From the NCBI GenBank assembly GCA_025201805.1, contig MU619254.1, forward strand, positions 181,351-245,350: DNA of 64,000 bases. Reading direction: 5' to 3'. The stretch is from Parasitella parasitica NRRL 2501 (lineage: Eukaryota > Fungi > Mucoromycota). Below, one piece after another: positions 54,496 to 64,000 of this stretch (the stretch's first letter is position 1; each line of letters starts with the position of its first letter). The notes under the pieces were generated by a model. The model had not been told where the DNA came from. It did no database searches and saw only the letters and a program-made list of their open reading frames with translations. The translations under genes were made by a program, and so were the position numbers.

Positions 54496-54533
<38 letters not shown>

Positions 54534-54767
54534 TAATAAAGCAATGCCAACGCTTCCAGGCGATCATAGCAATGAGGGTTCTATGGCAGACTCATCAGCA
54601 AGTAATGGCAACAATGATGTTGCAGATAATACAAGTGCAGCCTTAGCAATGGCTAGATCATTGCTGTTGGCTCCTACTGCTTCTGAGGGACAGCAGCAAA
54701 ACAAGCCAATTTCTCCTCCTTTGACTCCTATACCTCAGCAACAAGATAATTCTCAAGAGGAACATGT

Positions 54768-54828
<61 letters not shown>

Positions 54829-55050
54829 ACACAGCAAGAATCACCATTATCGATGGCTAAACGCATTCTAGGGGCCAAAGTTGAAATTCCATCACCAACT
54901 CAAACACAATTACAGCAACAGCAACATCAGTCTGTTGACGATGAGGTATGTTTTGTATATAAAGTGAGATTTTGCTTGTGCATTGACGCTAATAAATGTC
55001 ATAAATTTTAGGAACTACAACGTATTGTTGCTGCGCATATAGTGTTTTAA
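50891..55050 (+). CDS. Tea4/Bud14-like SH3 plus Ras-association-type polarity protein
   Basis: SH3 VYALHTFVATVEGQASVVKGD...YWWLV...GYIPAENIE|TPYERLARLNKHRN, characteristic of Tea4/Bud14. RA-like LRVFAGNI. PolyQ tracts. Terminal exon 55012-55050. Confidence 0.87.
54769..54828 (+). repeat. (CAA)20 coding repeat (polyQ); a (CAG)11 lies at 54499-54531
   Basis: Direct reading. Confidence 0.95.
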
Positions 55051-55844
55051 AATTCATCCATACTATCATTAATTTATAAATCCCAGTAGATTTGTCACAA
55101 TTATTCATGTTAATAAAATTATATTCACTGGAAACTAATAAGGAGGAAGACGAGGAAGCTGCTTGTTTATTAATGTGTAAATTGAGGAGGATATCATGCA
55201 TTTTACCATATTAATGCATGCCTGACTTCATACTACTGCTATAGCTTTTTTTTTTCTGGGATCTCACCAAGCACTTTTGTTAGTATTGGAGTCAATATAA
55301 AAGAGCTATGGGATTTAGCAATCAAAATATGGGTTTGAAAGCATTGGGTTATAACTGTAGCTTTTCATGGACAGAAAACATGTTGGGCCAGCTTGGAACT
55401 TTCTCGAATTGAATGTAGCAATAGTTTTCATTTATGGCATTATGGCAACCTCAATTGTGTTAGGAACGACCCGCAATGATGCTGTTGCCGAGACGAAGAC
55501 AGAGGATGTGATGGGATCCCGCCGCAAAAAATTATGAAAAGTCCTTGTCGTTTAAATAAGTTTTATAAGCTAATTTCGCTCCCATTTGCCACCAACCCAT
55601 CAAAAGAGTTGGGTACTTAGCTTTAGATATAAAGAGAAGATAGTATTATATTATGAGTTAAAGCGTGGCTTGAAGGCCTATAACCACATCCTCTGTCTTC
55701 GTTTCGGCAACAGTACCATTCTCAAAAAAAGAAATTCTATTGGTCTAAAAAAATTTGTAATCTTCTCAAATGCAACCGAAAATACATGTCTTTGGAGCGA
55801 TAGAAGAGTCATTTTTCTATCGTTTTTAAACATATTTACACGAA

Positions 55845-56246
55845 ATGTCCAACGACTCTGGAGTTACTGCTGATGGTTTAAAAAAAACCATTAGCGACAA
55901 GCTCAAAGCAACACATGTCGTAAGTAGGATCTAACATCAACAAGTTTGAACAAAGTCTACCAATTTTTTTTTTTTTTAAAAAAAAGGTGGTGGAGGATTT
56001 ATCAGCAGGTTGTGGTCAAATGTTTGAAGTAATCATAGTCTCTCCTCTCTTTGAAGATAAGCGTCTTTTGACTAGACACAAGCTTGTGAATGAAGCGCTC
56101 AAAGAAGAGATCAGCAAAGTTCACGCTTTCACTCAAGTAATAATAGATTTGCTTTGATCATCAAATAGCTCGACTAATTAATTCTTCTTATTACTGTGTA
56201 GAAATCATACACACCCGAGGAATGGGCAAAAAAAAACGCAGAGTAA
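55845..56246 (+). CDS. BOLA2: BolA2/Fra2-like protein, 3 exons (absent from the ORF track)
   Basis: [25 protein letters not shown]|[50 protein letters not shown]|KSYTPEEW. Confidence 0.92.
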
Positions 56247-56657
56247 ATGCCTACAATACAATCTTTAGTAATAAACACACACACACACACACACACAGGA
56301 TTCAAACTGTCCAACCTTTGCCTAATTAAGATGAATCAAGATTACTTGATCGTGAATATCGTCATTAATTGACCTGCTTGTATTGAGTCTTTCAGTGAAA
56401 TCTATCAACGCAAATTGAGCCTCTATCGTCTTGAATGGACGAGCGTACGCTTGATGCGACCTCTGCGTACAGCTTATGCCTGTTTACTGCGACTGCAAGG
56501 AAGCAAGTAGACATGGACATGCCATCCGAGTCACACGCACAAGGATCCGTCCCTACGAGGTGTGTCCTAACAGAATAAGGCCAGGAGAGTGCTTTTGAAA
56601 TGTATCTATTTCTCCTTAAAACTAACGCTATTTGCCCTTTCTAATTGAATACAAGTG

Positions 56658-57667
56658 ATGGCTCGGTGGACGCTAACAGGCCTTCAAGAAGGCATCACAT
56701 ATGCTGTTCAAGGCATCGCCATTGTAATCCAAAACCCAAGTATTCGACAACAACGTTTTCTAAAGACTTTTATATATCTATCCATGCTATCATTCATTTT
56801 ACTAGGACTTACCAATGTGCTGATAGCTACTCCAATCCATGTTTTTCGATTCATCTTGTGGTTCTCGACCAACGACAAGGCCTCACAAGCGGATAGAGCA
56901 TTAGAGTCAGCCAATCGATTTGTGCGTGAATTGGTAGCATCAGTGCCCCTTTTAGCGTTGCTATTCATGCGATATGTATATCCCAAGCCACTAGATGATT
57001 TGTTCATGGAATCTTTACGCTATTTAGATTCAATCCATCCTGATAGAGCACCGTATGCTAGCATTTTGGCCCAGCAAAGATTCAAAAGAAGATATTGGGT
57101 TGATATGAGGGATTACCTGTCTCGAACTTGGAAAAAAGTGAGGCTGGGATTACTGCTGCTGTTACTATCCATGATTCCTTTTGTTGGTAAATTTGTTTTT
57201 CCTGCAGCTGGTAATGTATACACCTGTAGATGGCCATGAACAGACCAACTGATTCCAAGTGTATAGGTGCCTATACTACTTACAAAGCATTGGGCAAAAC
57301 ACAGGGCATTGCTGTAGGTATCTGCTTTTTCTTTCTTCCTAGATGGGCCACAATGAAGCTTGTGCGTGCCTTGATTGGAATGAGATCACTCATGCGTGAA
57401 TTGCTGGCTCCTTACTTTGTGAGAATGCGAATGTCTCACAGAGAAAAGCGCAGATGGTTCAGTGGGCGTAAGGATGTTCTATTTGGGTTTTCTGGTATTG
57501 CATATATCATTATTCGATTGCCCATAGTTGGCATCATTGGATACGGCATTGCTCAAGCGGCTTCTGCCTACATGCTGACGGTTGTCACTGAACCACCATC
57601 AAGGGACATATTCACTAAAAAGTTGGATGAACACGAGAATAGCGTAGACGATTTGAAAGGTGCCTGA
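56658..57667 (+). CDS. Multi-pass membrane protein, EI24/UsgS-like, 2 exons
   Basis: Several hydrophobic segments; LDDLFMESLRYLD, RSLMRELLAPYFVR, WFSGRKDVLFGF, AQAASAYML. Intron 57211-57267. The family label is tentative. Confidence 0.75.
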
Positions 57668-58427
57668 CAAACTTAATGATACAAAGATGGAGAAACTATT
57701 TTATACTTCACTATATGAAGAGTCAATCGTATCTGTTTCTTAATGCATAAATGCTTCTTTATTTTACCATTACGTTGCGTAATAATGTAGCACATCATGC
57801 GTAGAGTAACTTTTTCATTGTGTGCATGCATACATCGCTGACTGTACGTCAGAATCTATACGGATTGCGTACATGATTCAAATTTATTAGAATAATTATC
57901 GACTTTGAATACAGCAAATGTTACTTAAACATATCCATGTTGGCATTATGGTTTTTGGCAACGTCTTAGATGTGGCTTAAACACTGAGGTTCCAGGGCAA
58001 GTTCCGATTACTCCAGGGCCAGGATCAGATGTACATTGGATATAGTCTTTATCAACACCAGCGACCGGATAGAGGCCAGCAGCACCAGCACCACCTTTAC
58101 AAAAGTCTTCTCTTTCTAAATTTTACTAGTCAACTAATAACGCCATAACAATAGCACAGTTAATATATTTACTCGAAAGAATGCTAGCAGCGTTCACACC
58201 ATATGCGATGCCAAGGGTCGCAATGATTAAAGTAAAAGAAATGTGCATTTTTGAATAATGTCAAAAGGATTGCAGTCGCTGGGCACCCTTATATACTTGT
58301 GTTTCCTATGCAAGCAGCTGTTTTTAGTATCGCACCTCATGCTAAACTACCATACCCTTTCAAGAATTTGATTCGTATTCTTTAATTAAATCTACTAAAA
58401 CATTATACGCCCCTCAACACAACATAT
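57169..58427 (+). repeat. Left arm of an inverted duplication (partner 59642-60820)
   Basis: 57169-57534 is identical to the reverse complement of 60455-60820. The 3' flank, peptide gene and promoter align as diverged homology. Confidence 0.93.
57946..58248 (-). CDS. Small secreted Cys peptide with a CBM14/peritrophin-A-like (putative chitin-binding) domain, 81 aa, 2 exons (absent from the ORF track)
   Basis: Exons 58248-58173 and 58115-57946 give MHISFTLIIATLGIAYGVNAASILSKR-EDFCKGGAGAAGLYPVAGVDKDYIQCTSDPGPGVIGTCPGTSVFKPHLRRCQKP*. It has a signal peptide, a KR site and a TATATAA about 40 nt upstream. Confidence 0.85.
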
Positions 58428-58855
58428 TCAAATTCCAGATTCCAGTATACATAAAACGCTGTGGCAATCTTGATGTCCCAGTAAAACAGTATGTTTGATG
58501 GTGTATATATTGGCTGTTGCTGTTCAAAAGAGGCTCAAGTGAATCTTTTCTGTGAACATTGTAACTGCGGTTCACCCAATCTGTACGTGTTCAAAATTAC
58601 AACTTTCTTGGCATACAATGAATATTGCCTCATGCACATCTAGGAAATGATTTACGACACAACAGTGTGCTAAAGTTACCACACAGAATACAGTCCAAAA
58701 CCATGTGCAACTGGTATTCCGTAACTCTATAGTTATAAGTGTCCGGGCACAGTTTCTGTTTTATTCTTTCATTTGATAAATAGCTAACATTCAAATTGTC
58801 GCAACATCCATCAAAATTACATGTAGCGACACCAGGACGATTTCTATAACGAGAG

Positions 58856-59120
58856 GCAGCACTGGAAAGCTATAGCAAATAATTTTACAGGCACGATCAA
58901 CAACTTTAAGCAATGATTATTTTCCGGATTCAATGACAATACAAATGCCCATATATACGTAATAGGCAAACTTGAGCTTCGGGAAATAATGAAACACATC
59001 CCTGCTGATCATATCAAGGAGATGAATAAAAAAAGTTGAAATTATCTTCAAGTTGTATATGATGAACTATAGGCATAATATATGCTATAGGCACTTGATG
59101 CGTGAGCTGCTTGTTAAAAA
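58856..59120 (+). repeat. Direct repeat, copy 1 (copy 2 at about 60832-61097)
   Basis: About 265 bp alignable, with a shared exact core AAACACATCCCTGCTGATCATATCAAGGAGATGAATAAAAAAA. Confidence 0.9.
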
Positions 59121-59814
59121 CGATCAAAAGTAGGCTGACTTTCCCAACCTAACACCTTTGAATGCGGTATAATAACAAAATCCGCTTCGGTTGACACACC
59201 TCGAGCAAACAATCAAAATTCCGTATGTAGAGTAATTTCTCATATCGTTTGTATACCATCGTCTTAATAACCTATACTTTGTTTTGATCATTTAAAAGAC
59301 TGACAGTTTATCATATCAGACGTTAGCAGAAAAGCAAGAAAGATTTTCTGGACATTATCTGGTCTTGTAGTTGCTATGAGCGTCGCATTCAAGAAAATTT
59401 ATAGCTACTACTTGCCTGGAGAATTAACATAGCTGAAATGCCGAATTATGATGTTAAGATATTTCATTTCGTTGTGTATAACAAACCGAAGAATGAAAAT
59501 CAATCATACGGCATCTGTTCTCTCCTTTTTTTTTTTTTTTTGAGACATCTTTTCCCCTTTTTTTTCCTTTTCATACATTTCTTTTTACTTTTTTTTTTTT
59601 TTTTTTTTTATTAATACCTCAGATTGTCCGCCACAGCGAAATAATGTTGTGTTAAGGAATATGCCGGTATGGTATTCAAGTAAAACCAGCAAGAATATGA
59701 ATCGAATACTTGAAAGGGTATGATAGTTCAGTATGATGTGCAATACTAAAGACAACTGCTTGCATAGAAAAACACAAGTATCTAAAGATGCTCAAACATC
59801 ACAATACTTTTGAC

Positions 59815-60129
59815 ATGATTCAGAAATGCACTTTAATCATTAGCATCCTTGGAAACCTTGGTATCGCATTCAGTAGTGGCGAGATTTTTTAAGCAGGTAA
59901 GTAAACTAATCATGGGATTTTTATAGTGTTGATGGCTGACTTGCAGACTTAAGTATTGGTAGAGCTTTGTAAATATAGTCCTGGCAGCGCTGGCCCCTAT
60001 GAATTCCCTGATTCCACCGTCGATAATTCGTATATTAAATGCACATCTAATGCTGGCAATGGAAAAATCGGATTCTTCCTCACAGGCGCAGTGTATAAGC
60101 CAGCATTAAGATGTTGTCAAATGAAATAA
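59815..60129 (+). pseudogene. Disabled paralogue of the CBM14-like peptide gene
   Basis: MIQKCTLIISILGNLGIAFSSGEIF*A|ELCKYSPGSAGPYEFPDSTVDNSYIKCTSNAGNGKIGFFLTGAVYKPALRCCQMK*. In-frame TAA at 59890-59892, third Cys replaced by Phe, TATA changed to TATCTAA. Confidence 0.8.
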
Positions 60130-60363
60130 AACATGCATATGTTTTAGTATCTGATAATTTATTGCATTCGAAGATAATCAAATATTCTAGTAAATTCGAA
60201 TCTCATATACGCAATCCGTGTAGATTTTTGACGTACAGACAATAATGTATGTATGCATACAATGAAAAAAAAGTTTCCCGACATATGATGGTTTAAGATA
60301 AAGGAGGTTTATTTTGACATTTATGCACAAAGAAAAAAAAACATATATTGAAACGAAGAATGA

Positions 60364-60820
60364 CTACAGTATTCTTTTAGTCATCTTAAATGGCAGCCAA
60401 GTGACAGCGGTCAGCATGTAAGCAGAGGCTGCTTGAGCAATGCCGTATCCAATAATGCCAACTATGGGCAATCGAATAATGATATATGCAATACCAGAAA
60501 ACCCAAATAGAACATCCTTACGCCCACTGAACCATCTGCGCTTTTCTCTGTGAGACATTCGCATTCTCACAAAGTAAGGAGCCAGCAATTCACGCATGAG
60601 TGATCTCATTCCAATCAAGGCACGCACAAGCTTCATTGTGGCCCATCTAGGAAGAAAGAAAAAGCAGATACCTACAGCAATGCCCTGTGTTTTGCCCAAT
60701 GCTTTGTAAGTAGTATAGGCACCTATACACTTGGAATCAGTTGGTCTGTTCATGGCCATCTACAGGTGTATACATTACCAGCTGCAGGAAAAACAAATTT
60801 ACCAACAAAAGGAATCATGG
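60364..60820 (-). pseudogene. 5'-truncated inverted copy of the EI24/UsgS-like gene (intron retained)
   Basis: Identical to 57169-57534, then diverges; lacks the 5' part of the CDS. Confidence 0.88.
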
Positions 60821-60831
60821 TTGGTAATAAT

Positions 60832-61097
60832 AGCAGTGCTGGAAAGATATGGCAAATAATTTTGCAGGTATGTGATCAGCAGCTCTAATCAATGATCATC
60901 CCCCGGAATCAATAACAATACAAATGCTCACATAAACGTAATAGCAAACCTGAGTTTAGGGAAATAATAAAACACATCCCTGCTGATCATATCAAGGAGA
61001 TGAATAAAAAAATTTGAACTTGTCCTTAAGTCATACATGGTCAGCAATTTGCATAGTATATGCTGTAGGCACTTGATGCGTGAGCTATTTTTAAAAA
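60832..61097 (+). repeat. Direct repeat, copy 2
   Basis: Homologous to 58856-59120; abuts the end of the inverted arm. Confidence 0.9.
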
Positions 61098-61739
61098 AGC
61101 ACAAAAGCTAATTTCAAAGTGCTTTTTACATTATAGGGTGCATAGATAAACAAAGAAACCTTTTGTCTTTGATTCGTGAATACATATCAAGTCGAAGCAT
61201 GAATGAAGCTACATTATACTTCAAAAAGACAAAAAAACCCTAAGTAAAGCTTTCATTTTAAAATGATGTTGCGTCTTATATTGTGTAAATTATAATACAT
61301 GTCATTTTTGTAGTATTAGCAATATGTATAGTGTACTGATACATTTTTTACATGCGAGTTTTCAATGAATTTATTAGTTAAATTTGAGTATATTGACATG
61401 AGATGCTACAGAATAGGTGCGATTCACTATAGTATTTCATCAAGACAATCGTGAACGAACGTATCGTAATGTCTTGTTTGAATACATCATATGAAAAAGT
61501 ATTATAAAAGCAATCACGTCGCAGGACAACACTTGAACCATACACTTGCGGCACACATCTCGGCTTTTGCGGGTAATCATTACGTAAAATGTCAATAGCA
61601 TGACAAGAAAAGGCTGTTTTATGTAAGAAAGCTTCTGTGCTCAACGTACTTAAAAAAAATACAGCGTTTTCTTCTACAAGAGAGGGTGATATACATATAA
61701 GGGTGATGATACAAAAAGATTCTTCGAGCTTTAACGAGA

Positions 61740-63348
61740 TTACGGTGGGCTGTTATTGCTGGATGAAGAGCTTTTAATCGTGTGATAATGTCTCCAGCCA
61801 TTATCCAGTTCTCCATCATGACATAATTCGATTGATTTCATCCACTTTGTCTCCAAAGCTTGATCAACTGTCCAACGAGTTTCTGGGCTGGGGTCCAGCA
61901 TGCCCGCTAAGCATTCCTTTTCGTCATCTGTGAGACAATCACTTTGATCAAAACTATCCCAAAGATCACACGAAGCAGGGCCTAATTTGCTTCTTTGTTG
62001 AACGTACAATCCGAAATCTTTGTCGCCTCCATCTTGAGCAGCAGCAGCAACAGCAGCAGGTGACCCTGCCGTGGCATTAGGAGGGGGACTGGGGCCAGGT
62101 TTACCCGTATAGAAAGCAGCAGCAAAAGGTAAGCTGTGGTAGCGAATACAGAAATAAGTGACGGCAGCACTCCACACATCCAATGCCTGACCCAGATAGC
62201 CATCTTCCTTGCCTTTTAGGTTCCATAATTCAGGTGACCAAAAGGGTTCAGAACCACACCATTTGTGACACAGGTGAATGTCTTTTTCAAAGCATGTTTG
62301 AACAACATCAGCTACACCAAAATCTGCAATTTTGAGAGTGCCACCTTTTGTCAAGATGAGGTTTTCAGGCTTTATGTCACGATGAGCGATGCCGAGATGA
62401 TGCAGATGCTGTAAACCCAAAAGTAGTTGCTTGAATAAACAAGCGCCTTCCATCACGGGCATATTAGGTTTTTCATTAAGTAGATTGAATAAATCGCCAC
62501 CATCGCACTGTATTGAAATATACAGACATTTGAGTAGATTACTTTTGGACATATACAAGTCTACTTACATATTCCATTACAGTGCACCATCTATCGTGCT
62601 CGTCTATCACTAAATCCATTGTCTCTACCACATGGGGATGTCCGCTCACAGTCTTACTGATGCAGTATTCGTTGTGCATTCTCTTTAGATATTCCTTCTC
62701 ATCTTCCGTCTTGCCTCGTTTAATAAATTCCTTTACGGCAAGAATGCGGCCTTCGTGCGATTGAACAAGGCGGATCACAGCAGTAGCCCCGCTCCCAATG
62801 TTGTTCTTGTTGGTTGCTCCGGATGCCTTAGTGCTAGCATCTTTGGCCGGCTTAATGTAATCACCGTACTTTTCATTCAACCTTGGCACATTACTGGAAG
62901 GAGAGGATGTTTCTGACGAGTCATTGCTTGCATGTAGATGCTTTTTAGTCCAAGAAGCAGGACTAGCAATGAAATTACCTATGGATCTGCTCAGTTTATG
63001 ATGTTGACGTTGATGTTCACTGGTAATGGTAGCTGACTCGACACTGAGGCAGCTTTGGGCACCGCTGCTGCTTCGTCGATGAGGTGTGGAGTTCACGCTG
63101 TTCGGTTGAGGCTCGGGCGTACCCGCTGGTGTCATTTTGAGATTTGATCGAGAATTGTTGCTGCTTGAAAACAAGAACCCAAATCGACTAGATTTCTTGA
63201 TGGGAATAGATTTTGAACGAAAAATCACGGAATCGCCTCTTAATACATTGGAAGGCTGATGCTGTTGGGGTGATGTCGGTACATCCATGGGCACTGGTGA
63301 TGAAGACCTATGCTCGAGAGCTATAATTTCTTGATTCGTAGCTGACAT
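61740..63348 (-). CDS. NPR/HAL/Hrk1-family Ser/Thr kinase, 2 exons
   Basis: IGSGATAVIRL, AVKEF, EYCISK, VMEY|CDGGDLF, AHRDIKPENL, KIADFG, CGSEPFWSPE, DVWS. Confidence 0.93.
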
Positions 63349-64000
63349 TTTATTGATGAAGAAGAATAAAAGGAAAAACGATGAAATAGATCATATGTAT
63401 ATTTTTTTTCTTTTTTTTTTTTTCGCAAGTTTCACTGTATTTTTACGGTTATACGGTATGACAATTACGGTATTATGCCAATTCACCCCGCTTTTTCACA
63501 ATTTAAAGTATCCAATGGCCGTTCAAGACTAACGTTCGACATGGCTTGTAATTGGCTATCCTCAACGTCACTTGGCACTAGAGAAATTCTTTGATGAAAA
63601 AGGTTTAATTATCAGATTCGAGCAAAATGACGTTTTGGAAAATAAAATTACAGTGCTTTCACTCACTTTATTGAAAGAATTGGTCGCTTTTTGAATTTCA
63701 ATTGGTCAATTTTCTGAACCCTAATTGGTTAGCTTAAAGAATCACTAGTAACAGCGTACTCTTATAATATATTGGTGGCTCGAATCCTTCAGTGTTTAAA
63801 CTATGGTTTCAATGTTTACATGCTTTATTTTTCTCAACAATTACTCATTAAAATTGGAAGAAATACAATTTTGATTGAAACCCTTTGGGATTCCATCAAA
63901 TATCACATTGCTATATTACCTAAAGTGTTGAATGCACCAATGTTTTCGTTGAAAATATGAAAATTATGTTTATCCTGGAAGCTAATATAATTTTAAAAGC

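Noticed and set aside
60364-60759. 131-aa ORF as a functional second gene
   Set aside because: Its ATG lies inside the copied intron and the 5' part of the parent CDS is missing

Overview
Gene-dense, intron-rich eukaryotic DNA, most consistent with a Mucorales (Mucoromycota) fungus. It has short GT-AG introns, A/T homopolymers, polyQ tracts and three assembly gaps. I can support about 26 protein-coding genes, many in RNA metabolism: XRN2/RAT1, a PPR protein, PRP38, PRP4 kinase, a Trf4/Cid14-like nucleotidyltransferase, RPL34, ESF1, ERH, an Rrm4-like 3xRRM+2xMLLE protein and UTP21. Others are NCR1/NPC1, a GATA-like+PHD protein, an unknown Cys-cluster protein, a hot-dog thioesterase, a class-3 lipase, a TCO89-domain protein, VanZ-like, OSCA/TMEM63, Tea4/Bud14-like, BolA2, an EI24/UsgS-like membrane protein and an NPR/HAL kinase. 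Three genes are absent from the ORF track and were assembled by hand from splice signals: ERH (7 exons), BolA2 and a small secreted CBM14-like (putative chitin-binding) peptide. The most notable region is 57.1-61.1 kb. There the CBM14-like gene and a disabled paralogue sit in a rearranged duplication (inverted plus direct arms) containing a 366-bp perfectly identical inverted tract inside otherwise diverged homology. No tRNA, rRNA, CRISPR array or intact transposase was recognised. All family calls come from motif recognition by eye; no database searches were run.
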